The notes below the pieces were generated by a model that made no database searches, was not told the origin of the DNA, and saw nothing but the letters and a program-made list of their open reading frames with translations. DNA of 63,319 nucleotides, the filler included, from Sphacelaria rigidula (taxonomy: Eukaryota), in NCBI GenBank assembly GCA_964200075.2. It is 11 parts of 11 records of this genome, joined end to end, with 100 filler letters (N's around TTAATTAATTAA, not from the genome) between each part and the next. Parts side by side here need not be neighbours in the genome. Positions count along the whole stretch, not along the records: positions 34,595 to 40,259 come from CAXNAA020025443.1; positions 40,360 to 46,024 come from CAXNAA020025444.1; positions 46,125 to 51,789 come from CAXNAA020025445.1; 8 more parts are not named here. The stretch is one strand, 5' to 3'. Shown piece by piece: positions 36,495-47,006 of the stretch; position 1 is the stretch's first letter; the number at the start of each line of letters is the position of its first letter. The position numbers and the translations under genes were made by a program.

Positions 36495-36837
36495 TGTGGG
36501 TAGGTGCACCGAACGAATGCGGTGTACACGCGTGTCGATGACGATATCACCAGAAAAAGAATCAACGACAGAGAGAAAGCTCCTCGTGTTCATGTGAACA
36601 GGTACACTGAGTGAACATGTACATGTGCGGATAGATTAATGCGGACGTCCGGGTACTGGTAGTCGAGTGTGTGTGACTACAGCACCCCGCTCACGGCAGC
36701 TACCGAGCTGCCTGCTGAGCTCACTCAACATCTGATCCCTCAGTCATAGGGTCGACTCAGTCTAGGCACTCTCAGATAACACAAAAGATAAAAATATGTA
36801 TCCTTCGCCACGGGCCACGGAATACTCTAGTGTTACA
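36495..36837 (+). repeat. 5' LTR of the copia element (TG...CA, ~343 bp)
   Basis: Starts TGTGGGTAGG, where similarity to the copy at 11356 begins. Ends TGTTACA, followed by a degenerate PBS-like GGTTGGGCAG and the gag ATG. The 3' boundary is inferred. Confidence 0.7.
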
Positions 36838-39800
36838 ACCGGTTGGGCAGAATGGCGGAACAAGGTGATAGGCCTGCTACAGTTAGGGGTGAGCACGATG
36901 TTACTGAGGAGCTGCGAGAAGTGCGTAGTTAGATCAGTTCCTTGGCTCAGGTCATGCGTGATATGCAGCTAAGCCAAGCTACATTACAGAGTAACATGGA
37001 CAATATGAGGTTAGAACGAGAGGCCGGGGGCGCAGAAAATAACGGCGTCCTCGACAGTGAAGATTCCCATAGTCAACAGGGGGAATTCAACATAAATAGA
37101 ACGGTGGAGCGACGCGGTGCTGGACTTCGACGAGGGCGACGGTACATCGGGAGCTAAGCTGTTCCAGAGAACAGAGCGCGCGACGCAATGGACAACGAGG
37201 CCACCAGTGACGAAGCCAGGGGCTTTGTCCCCACACGTGAGTCAATCCAAATAATGATACAAGTGGAAATGGGTCAGGGGTTCCCGCTTTTCGACAGAAC
37301 GTCCCAAAATTTTCAGGGAAGAGGCGCTGATTATGCTCGGTACAGGCACGAACTGATCAACTTCGCAAGGAGCGGAGGAATTGGCTGAGAGTTCACCATG
37401 GCCGACAATAGTTCTTACGATGTAGATGTCGGTAATCGTGAGATAGAAACGGGGTATCTGGAGAGCAGACACAGGGAGGACACAGTGGCAGCCAACGTAA
37501 GGGTCAGACGAATGCTTGTAGCTAGTTTAGAAGGAAGGAGGGGGTAAGAAATTTTGCTTAGAATCCACTCATCTGCTACGGTTTGGAGAAAACTCGAGGA
37601 TGTCTTTCGCCCCAAAACGAATGGGGGCGAGAACCGCTTTGTTGCAAAAGTTCGATGGAGTCCATATTGGTGTCCGTGATGATCCAGAGCAGAAGCTGCT
37701 CGAGATGGAGGAACTTGCACGTAACCTGAATTCATACGAGGAGCATGAACGACTAAGCGAAAACAATATTATCTTGAAATTCCTCAACGCGTTGCCCTTC
37801 GAGTATCACATCCAGAAGCAATTGCTCGAGGCTCGAGAGGGACCACTGACACGGGAGGTTGTGTTGACTTCGATCCGAAAGCGCTTCGAGTCAACATCTT
37901 TGAAACAGAAACTTGCCCGGGGAAAGAAGTCATCCCCGGGCGACCAGGCTCTCCTTTCCAGGGGTGGAACGGGAAACCGAGCGGTGCGCACCGGAAGGGA
38001 AATCCGGAAAACCCGTAGGGCTCTGGTCAGAAAAACGGCGTGAGCCAGAGTTCGAGTAGCTCTGGGTCGGCATCATCGGACGGCAAACCGGCGACTGGGC
38101 AGCTGCTCCGCTGCCACATTTGCGACGAGAACACGACACATCGAGCCAGGAACTGCCCGAAGAGATACTGCGGGAGGTGCGGTCAGCAGGGGCACACGTC
38201 CTGGGACTGCCCGAGATCGACAGAGAAGAAAGAAGACGCGGTGATGGCGACGGGCGCGGCCGGCGACAGCGACAGCTCCTCCGTCTGTTCGGTGGCGGAT
38301 GGGGAGGCTTTTACCTCTCTTGACACCACGATCAACGGCGACACAGGCGAGTATGCATTGAGTGTTGAGCGGGGGGGTGATGGTCAGCAGGGTGAGGGCG
38401 AACCGTGGATATTTGACACGGGGGCTACCCAGCATTTCTCCCACGATTCCCATGGGATGACGGAGTACAGAGAGTGCAAGGGTGGGGTACTACGGTGCGC
38501 GGGAGGTAGTACTTACCCGATCGTAGGCAGAGGACATTTGTCTCTCGCCTTCAGATCTGACGGACAGGATGTAATCCTAACTCTAGTGGATGTTGACCAT
38601 GTACCTGGTGTCCGTCATCACCTCTTGTCACTCACGAGGATCTAACACATGAGACACACCTACACTGGTTTTCGTGATGGTTTCAGGGTAGATCTCAATT
38701 AAGGAAACGCACTGATAATACCCGGACAACCACGTCAACTCAGAATGTGCGCCCGCCGCCTCGATCAAAGTGGCAGTGACAAGTGTGCTTCGGTATATGC
38801 TATTATTGCCCCGGGGGCTTCGCCTAGCCCCCAGACCGCTGACACAAACGAGTTCCACCGTTTCCACGCTCACGTCCACGAGGATTTACTCAGGAAGACG
38901 GCGAAGCAGCAGGGAAAGCGGAGCTGCAGCCCTGCCGCGGCTGCTCAGAGGCGAAGGGACTGCGGGCACCGATACCAAGATCGACGCACACGAGAGCAGC
39001 TAAGTCAGCGTCTAGGGTGTGTTTGTAGATCTTTCCGGGCCGAAACCAGTCAAGTCTAACGGGGGAAAGTCGTACACGATGATTGTCCGAGATGATCACT
39101 CATGGCACACAAAGCTGTATTTCCTCCGTAAAAAGGATGAGGCAGAGAGATACTTCGCGAAAGACATTGCGTAGGTCTCTCCGAGAAAAGTTGAGATAGT
39201 CCGTAGCGATGACGGGGGTGAATTTTCGGAGGGTGCATTTGGTGAACTGTGCAACAGGAAAAAGATAAAGCAGGAGAAGACACCTGCCGACTCACCCCAG
39301 CTCAGCGATGTTGCAGAGCGAGCGTTAGGTATAATCGAAACAGCAGGCCTTGCGGCCAGAATCCAAGCATCTAAGCTGTACCCCGACGAGCGCATCCCAA
39401 ACGGCGACAGCTTGTGGGCTGAACAGGCGAACTGAGCGTGTCACGCCCTGAACTGTACCGCTACCTTGGCTAACCCGCACCACAAATCACCGCATGAGAT
39501 GTGGTATGGATCACCACCGAAAGGTGATCTCATTCCATTCTTGAAGCCTGGTTTTTGTAGGAGGAAGCGAACAAATAAACTACAGTCGAAGGCCGAAAAA
39601 TGCTGGTACTTGAGCCTAGCCGAGGGCTACCCAAGTGACGCGATGCGAGTTCTGACTGTACGAGGAACTATCTCCGTGACAAGACATGTAACATGGGCAC
39701 GTACGTCCGCTGCTCCCCCCCGCAGACTACAGCAAGTGATCCATCCAGACGCCAGGCGAGCTGAAGGATTCCAGTGTCGATCAAGGCCAGGATGTGGGTA

Positions 39801-40034
39801 AAGACAGGACGGAAAGCTCGACAGTGGACACTTCGCCCAGCGGTTCCTCAAGCGCGCCGTCCTCCCCATCGAGTTCCGTTGGTGGGAGGGGTGGAGCAGC
39901 ACCGCAGATTCCCGTTAGTAGTGGAGGAGGCGAAGTGCCTTCACCGTCCCCGCGAGGGGGGGGGGGAGGCGGGGTGATACCAGAGATCCCCGTTCCAGAT
40001 TTTGTCAATGGAGGGGGTGAGGTGAAGCCGGAAC

Positions 40035-40069
<35 letters not shown>

Positions 40070-40259
40070 ACGCTAACATCAGCGCCGACGCCGACACCAG
40101 CACAGACGCCAACACCTACGCCGACGCCGACATCAGCGCAGACGCCGACACCTACGCCGACGCAGACACCAGCGCAGACGCCGACACCTACGCCGACGCA
40201 GGCACCTACGCCGACGCTCACATCGGCATCGGACACTGCCTCGTCGCCCGCACTGTCAC
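36495..40259 (+). mobile_element. Ty1/copia LTR retrotransposon, decayed; 5' LTR-gag-PR-INT, cut by the scaffold end before RT
   Basis: Gag from ATG 36852 with stops and frameshifts. Zinc knuckles CHICDENTTHRARNC and CGRCGQQGHTSWDC. Protease WIFDTGATQH. Integrase VFVDLSGP, VRSDDGGEF, AERALG, SPHEMWYG. PR-INT order is diagnostic of copia. Pro/Thr/Ser-rich INT-RT linker at ~39800-40259. Confidence 0.93.
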
Positions 40260-40359
40260 NNNNNNNNNNNNNNNNNNNNNNNNNNNNNNNNNNNNNNNNN
40301 NNNTTAATTAATTAANNNNNNNNNNNNNNNNNNNNNNNNNNNNNNNNNNNNNNNNNNNN

Positions 40360-40426
40360 TTCTTCCATACATTACACAAGAAACTCCTACATATCTTATC
40401 CACGTCCTGTTTCGCCGTCTCTGGCG
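40360..40426 (-). mobile_element. LINE family A 5'-truncated fragment with adjacent C-tract
   Basis: TTCCATACATTACACAAGAAACTCCTACATATCTTATCCACGTCCTGTTTCGCCGTCTCTGGC matches ~44011-44073. G-tract at ~40425-40443 is a C-tract 5' of the element. Confidence 0.88.
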
Positions 40427-42053
40427 GGGGGGGAGGGGGGGGGATGGGAAAGGAGAGACGGAGGAAGCAATGGGGGGGGAAGCAGAAAGCATTCGAATTC
40501 GAAAGTATTAAAAGTTTGATGATATGCGCATGCAACTGCTGGCCACGACGAGCTGTGGACATGAAAAAACCACGGGTGAGGACCGATCGGGAAACGATGC
40601 TTCTCTTGATGAGTGAAGCGTCAAGTACAAAAGAAATGAACAGATCTGCACGACCACGCCACCTCGTGCATGTGGAAATATACCGGTAAAATAACGTCAT
40701 TTGCACACAAATTTTCAATACCACAACCGCTGTCGATACCCGCGAGAATACCGAGGCTGACGATTTTATCAGCACGAGGGAGTGTTGTCCTCCGCATACT
40801 GTTACAAAATCCGAACATTGATGTGTAGTGGGCATCATAGAGTCGTTGCGGGTCGCGGAATAGAAACCGCGGGTCATTGATGCGACACCTCGTGATGAAC
40901 TCGGGCGAGACTATCGTCATCGGCTGAAGGCAGCACTTGCACAAGAACAAAAATCTAAAGTAGACGTGAGTGGCCCCGTACGGCCTGCAAGATCCACGTG
41001 ACCTGTACCGAAAATACCCATCACGCGGTTAAGGCGCGATACCGTAGCAACTTGCGTCGCCGTCCTCATGGCTTCACTAGTAGTGCGACAGCACTAGATT
41101 CGAGAACACATGAACCCTGGCGAAGAGATACGAGTATATTAAATGAATTGCCAGCATGTAAACGCACCTGCCGACATCAATATGGATATGCGCATGTTTC
41201 AAGATATTTGTCGATTGCATCAGGCACCCCAGCGGGGTTAGCTTTGTCGCGACAACCATCGTAAGTCATACCCCCAAAACGTACTGCGGCGCGCGTTAAC
41301 GCGATAGGAGAGTATTGTGAACCCCTTTGCACCAAGACAGGTGTGCGACTGAATCATCACACCCCTACGCTCCAAAGTGTCCGCGTGAAGCATGTTTTTC
41401 TCCAGAGAAGCGCTGGCACCGACACCGCGCAGGCACGCAAGCACGTCCAGCCCTGGTGCGAGCTGACCACAGCACGCTGTAGGTGACGTCAACACAAGCC
41501 ATGATGATTATATTTCAATGATGCGATCCAGATACATGACATATCGCTGTCCGTGGAGAGCACACCCACTGTCGGCGCTGCGAGATTCAAGCCCGATTAT
41601 CCTAACCACCAAACACTTCCCTCCACCGTCAAAAGATCACACACAACGCCAGATCTCGATGACATTTATCCGGCAACAATGGTTGCGGGGTCACTAGAGC
41701 CGCGAGCTATCGTAGCCCTTGAAGAACCCGAGGACGATGAATAGTGTCATCAGATGCAAGGCTGATATCCGCGTGTTCAACGGTCGACCATGTATGCCCA
41801 GCACGTGGTAAGCTAGCGATGTGCACCAGACACGATTCGAAATGAGGCCTGTACGCCTCATGCGCCCGTACTCGTGCTCGAACAAAGCGCTCACACAAAA
41901 ATAAAGATCCAGACAAAATCGCACGTAGTATGAACACGCATAAAAAGCCAAGGATGAAGCCGCGCCAAAAGCAAAAGAGCAAACGAAGCATGACAAGGGG
42001 CAAAGGGAGTAGTACTGAAAAACGCCAAACCAGATCAAAACAAACGTGCGTAC

Positions 42054-42200
42054 CGTGATTAGCTGGGTCGCCACGATCTTCATGGGCCGCAAGTAGAAGG
42101 TGATCATGTGCATGTCCCGGGAAATCTGTTGGATTGCGCGTACCACTTCAAGGGACGGTCCCATCTCTTCAGACAAGAGCTTCCCCTGGAGCTCAACCAA
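42054..42200 (-). CDS. Internal exon, CorA/Mg2+-transporter-like stalk helices
   Basis: ggcag|...acg|gtacgc bounded 147-bp exon encoding LVELQGKLLSEEMGPSLEVVRAIQQISRDMHMITFYLRPMKIVATQLIT. A possible upstream exon near 42977-42728 (SFEDVRTYV...ADRILDA) could not be phased. No GMN motif seen. Confidence 0.5.
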
Positions 42201-43307
42201 CTGCCAGAATGTGCAACGAACAAACGGATCACCGCATCACGGTGGGGCTCAGGGCTAGTGCTTGAATACAGGTATAGGGCAAGCAGGTGTTCGACGCTCG
42301 GGACTATTTGCTTCAAGACCGCCTTCGGGGTAAAACGTTGACGGTGACAGTAGGTCATGCTCCAGGATTCGGGTGGAGGAGAGGGTTAGGGTTGGATGGG
42401 TTTGGGGTACTGTAGGGTGTAAGGCGTCGCAAGTTGTCAGGGTCGCGTGTTACATACTGTAGGAACTCGCACTCTTTTCATGAGTTCGTACCGCAATACT
42501 TTGCATGTCTGGAGCATGACATTCACGATGCACGCATGGCGTTTACTGCTTGCAGTGCCGTAGGGCCTGTGACCCAACATACTAAGTTACGTTCGAAGCC
42601 GGTGATTGACGGTTCACCTTCGAAGTGCCTCATTACTTTATTTCTCGCAACATTTTCACCCCACCCCTTCCTCGAGAAGAATTAGAGGTCTCGAGCGAGC
42701 AACCCATCTTCCCCCCCGGTACACACCTCGCATTGTGGCATCAAGAATTCGATCAGCACTACCGCGTAGACTCCCATCAACTAAACTCTCATTGCTAGAC
42801 ACATACGTCCTCACGTCTTCAAAAGACGGAAATCGCATACTTTTGATAAAAAGCCCAAACGGATTCACCACAAAATCGTACCAGCCGTATCTCCCGACCT
42901 CATGGCTCAAGCTGTACCACTTGACCACGGCGGCGCGGCGGCAACTGTTAGCCCTCGCACTTGAAACTTTTCGTGCCCTGTAATAAGGTGGTGTATCTCT
43001 CAATCCACTACGAACCCCGATGTCCCTGCTTCCCTTGTTTTTGGCTGAGGATGAATTTACACACTGGCCAAAAACCACCGTAGAGCGGCATCGACGCCCC
43101 TGCGAGCCCTGCAACAGCTGCACATGCTATCCAACGTACGGCACAACTGACCATATGAACTGAACCTGCTACTGTACTCCCCATGAAGAGTGCGGCGCGG
43201 GCTCCAGGGCAAGGCTCCGGACCCGTTAGGGTGACCCCTGCGTTGAACTAAATCCGTCGTGTTGAATTGGACTTACGTGAACCAAAAGTCATTTTTTGCG
43301 TTATGTC

Positions 43308-43609
43308 GTACTCATGATCATGCATGCCATAGTCATAAGACCGTTGACCAAGCATTCCTACGAAGCCGGGACCGAGCACGCCAGGTATGCGCCGGACCAG
43401 GCTCGCGCTCAATCACCAAGCACGACGCGCCGTGGTGTGTTCTGTGGGTCGCATGAAGGGTGAGCTGCATCCTGCCAAGATTGTTCGGCCCGAAGCCTAC
43501 TGATTATCTTGCATCTGGATGACAGCCTAAAATGAGCTGCTTCAATTTCTGGTCTTGCCACTTCCAGAGACAGCCATGGCTTATGTACTGCCTCATGGGT
43601 GTCTCGCCA
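43308..43609 (-). mobile_element. Family B 3' part (~300 bp)
   Basis: GTACTCATGATCATGCATGCCATAGTCATAAGACCGTTGACC...CACTTCCAGAGACAGCCATGGCTTATGTACTGCCTCATGGGTGTCTC is the reverse complement of ~62968-63264. Confidence 0.9.
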
Positions 43610-43889
43610 TTGAGGGGGGAAAATCTGAAAATACCTCAACGAAGCCGTAATTTGGTACCGCAACAAATTCGGGGTATATCTCTCGATGTACGAAACAATC
43701 AGCAAGAATCCACAGCTTGAACGACAGCCCCCACTATGAGCAACGTGTGAAACACGTCTACTGCTGCACGCTGTGACGATATTTGGCGTGAGTTACCTTG
43801 GTGAAGATGGAGCGAATGATGTGCGAATTGTTCACACGGAGATGGTATTTTCATCCCTCATTTCGTTTCACCGTTTGTCTGGGGAGGGG

Positions 43890-45000
43890 GTGTTCTCATT
43901 TGTTACCCGCTTTGGTCGTTTGACCATTGACCACGCATCCCTTTCGAGACGAAGCACCGTTCCCACTCCCAATAGAGACACCTCCAACATATCGGCGCTC
44001 ATCACGTTCCTTCCATACATCACACAAAAACCTTTTACATATCTTATCCCCGTCCTATTTCGCCGTCTGTGGCACCATCTATCCCTTAGTATAGCCATCG
44101 TTTTCTGCCACTGTCCAGTGCATTAATCGATTTCATACCACCTTCGTTTACTTCTCACACTTTCCCTTCTAGCACGTCACGTTCGTCCTTGTATACTTCA
44201 CATTCTGCAACTACATGAGTTCTGCTCTCTATTGCTTTGCCACAGGGGCAATTCTGTGCATCTGCTTCCTCCTCCTCTCGACTTCTGGTGTACCACACTC
44301 TTGTTTTTGGCAGGCCCAGGTCCCCCACCCGAAATCGCAGTTTCACATTTTTTTGCAGCGTCCGTTGGGTCGTGCAGATATGTTGTCCTACCTATCCCCT
44401 CGCTCAACCCCCTGTATATCTTCAGGTGAATGTTCTTCCTCGTCTACCCTGCGTCTGAGCGTTTCCTTTTCCCTCATTCCCATCATGCCTCTTACTTTGT
44501 CTTGTACCCCGCACCTTCGTCTATGGACAATATCTCGTCTTGATTTCCTCCCATCTCCTTCCATACTTTCTCGACTTTCATCCCACCTTTCTCCAGGCTT
44601 CCCTTTCGTACTTTTCTTCCATACAGCCTTATCAACTACAGCTGGCAATCTCTTTCTCTGCATGTTCTTCAAGCTATATCGCCATCGCAATTTCCTCATG
44701 CCTCTGTTTCAAGTGAGTACATTCCCAACCCTGCTCTCAAAACTGTATAACTCGTCGTTTTCCAGCATCTAAGTATTTTCCTATCTGCCGTCATATGTAC
44801 TGTTTCCAACTTCTTCACCAACTTCGCGTTCCCCTCCCATACCTCTCCTACATATTCCAGACTTGGGATAAGCACGTTCATCAGGATATATCTCTTGATC
44901 CTAGTGTCTGGGTGCGAGTCTCTGAGGATCACGCCCATCCTGGCCATCAGTGCCGTACCCTTCTCTACTTCCTCTGTCCCATAAGTAAAGTCCGTTATGG
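43890..45000 (-). mobile_element. Non-LTR retrotransposon (LINE family A), 5'-truncated ORF2 C-terminal part, decayed
   Basis: Post-RT segment ILMNVLIPSLEYVGEVWEGNAKLVKKLETV...VLRAGLGMY, then KLRWRY...RLPAVV, LRFRVGDLGL, CCHC knuckle CPCGKAIESRTHVVAEC, and AILRDRW. Several frameshifts. Ends CAAATGAGAAC plus a C-tract. Clade (RTE/RTEX-like) is only an inference. Confidence 0.9.
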
Positions 45001-45514
45001 GGGGGGTAGGCCGTACCTCGCCAACGGAGGTGCTCACGATGTCATGGTTAGGTTCATTGAAATTATTTAGTTGTGGAGATGGCCACTGAAAGAAACAAAA
45101 ACAATACAATTGACCTACAACCTTAGAATCGTTGGGTCAAACATGACCAAGCGAGCTAGAATCTTCTGAGAGAGTCCAGCTGTAAGGCTTCCTGAGGTGG
45201 AACAATCCGCTGATCGCCGTTTTCCAGCGAAAATTGGCACTGAGCCGCGGAAATAGGCTTTTCGGACATTTACTTTTTACAACAATGGTGATGTCAAGAA
45301 CTTTGGCAACTATGTTGGCTGATCGAACGAATGGAAAACAAATAGGGGTTCACTGGCGGAAGGTGGCTGAAGATTCTTGTTCCAAAAACATCACGACAGG
45401 GGTCACAAACTAGCCAACCCAGCGTAGCAACACCTCCTGAGAGTGACCGGTGAAAAACCGTACAGTCACAGATGCTGACCGGCTGACCCTGGCGGAAACT
45501 CCGATCTGACTCGC

Positions 45515-45742
45515 GTCCAAAAAAACGCCTCCACATACACAATTACGAAATGGCACTGCACGAGGTCTTACATAGCCGTATGTCTACACATACAAGCAGT
45601 ACATAGAGCGGAAGTCATTCTACTCTGAACTAACCCGAGTCCTAAGAAACGCCTCCTTGCACGCACTACGAAATGGTGCTGCGCGAGGTCTTAAACAGCC
45701 GTATGTCTACACACACAAGCAGTACATGAGTAGAAGTAATTC
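45515..45742 (+). repeat. Tandem repeat, 2 x ~123 bp
   Basis: AAACGCCTCC...TACGAAATGG...CGAGGTCTTA...AGCCGTATGTCTACACA.ACAAGCAGTACAT occurs twice. Confidence 0.88.
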
Positions 45743-45934
45743 TCCACTATAGTACAGGATCGCTTACCCATTTCTGGAAATGCTGCATGATGGGAAAAAC
45801 TTCATCAACGATGCTGTCCATCAAGCTGTATACCTGCCACACCGAAAAAATACCAGCATGAGTCGAGGCCAGAAAGGAAATGATTATCGTAGCGGGGGGG
45901 CATGAGTCATGCTACGATAGGAGGGGGGGGGGGG

Positions 45935-45973
45935 TGTACTCATGATCATGCATGCCATAGTCATAAGATCATT
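45935..45973 (-). mobile_element. 39-bp 5'-truncated family B retrocopy with ~19-bp target-site duplication
   Basis: TGTACTCATGATCATGCATGCCATAGTCATAAGATCATT flanked by GATAGGA(G)12 at 45916-45934 and GATAGGA(G)13 at 45974-45993. Confidence 0.88.
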
Positions 45974-46124
45974 GATAGGAGGGGGGGGGGGGGTCGATTC
46001 CACAAAAAAATGGGCTTACAAGTANNNNNNNNNNNNNNNNNNNNNNNNNNNNNNNNNNNNNNNNNNNNTTAATTAATTAANNNNNNNNNNNNNNNNNNNN
46101 NNNNNNNNNNNNNNNNNNNNNNNN

Positions 46125-46306
46125 AGATGGGTTCAGCAACCCCTTTCCCTCGTCGACCGTTAAGTCGAATTTTGTGTATCCACCACAGAGTCGCTCTTGA
46201 CTGTTGAGCATGGTGTGAGAAAAAATCTCATATCGTTCCGAGAATTGAACCCACGACCCACCCGTCAGAAGGTCTCGAGTTTACCAACTGAGCCACCGGG
46301 GCGACC
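46125..46306 (-). mobile_element. tRNA-derived SINE (head resembles tRNA-Arg TCT), cut by the scaffold end
   Basis: Minus strand GCCCCGGTGGCTCAGTTGGTAAACTCGAGACCTTCTGACGGGTGGGTCGTGGGTTCAATTCTCGG has A-box TGGCTCAGTTGG and B-box GGTTCAATTC. The acceptor stem does not close, and ~110 bp of unrelated body follows. Confidence 0.75.
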
Positions 46307-47006
46307 GTGGATTGTGTAGCTACGCCACTGAGGCGGAAGGTTACGGTCTCGACTCCCGATGAACATTGATTTTTTTACTATTTAGAATCTGTTTCATACG
46401 TATGAAGACGTGAAGACGTGAGTAACAAGTATGACTCGAAGAGGGTCGATTCTGTGCGGGACTGCTGATTGCACCCGCGATCCAAAAATATCAGGCGTGT
46501 ACCGGGGGAGACATGAGCTGAATCCCTCGGGACCACAAACTCGTCCCCGGGGGAGGAAGGGTCTAAAACTATGACTACATGTAACAACAAACACCATGAG
46601 CGCTGCAGATTCTGATGGTACTCGAGTCCCACTATAGTCTGCCCTCTTAAATTATCGACGTTGAACCCGGGCGTGCAGCGCTTCCAGGAGCGATAGAGCG
46701 CACGCCACAATCGAACGAATCCACCAACATAGCCCACGATGTCCCTCCAGACCGCAACCATTAATATCGAAGGCGCTGCATACATGCTGCTCCGCAGGCC
46801 GTCGTCATGGACGTTGAACAAAAATATTCCACTGAAGCGCCATCACCACAACGCGTTGGGTCCACGACATCTACAGCGCCGACACGGCGACCAGCAGACG
46901 TGGCAGGTGCCCTACAAGACAGCACACGACCCCATCATGCGATCGTGATTCATCGTAAAAAAGACGTCGCGATCACGATGACGGCAATATTGGCACCAGA
47001 TCGGTT

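Noticed and set aside
39794..40259. Mucin/extensin-like Pro-Thr-Ser ORF
   Set aside because: It directly follows the copia integrase and is best explained as the INT-RT linker.
45885..45945. Apparent H-type pseudoknot at the family B 3' end (CATGAGT/ACTCATG and TATCGTAGC/GCTACGATA)
   Set aside because: The TSD shows TATCGTAGC...GCTACGATA belongs to the target site, and most copies lack it, so it is not a conserved element structure.
46232..46302. Functional tRNA-Arg gene
   Set aside because: The acceptor and anticodon stems do not pair properly, so it is treated as a SINE head.
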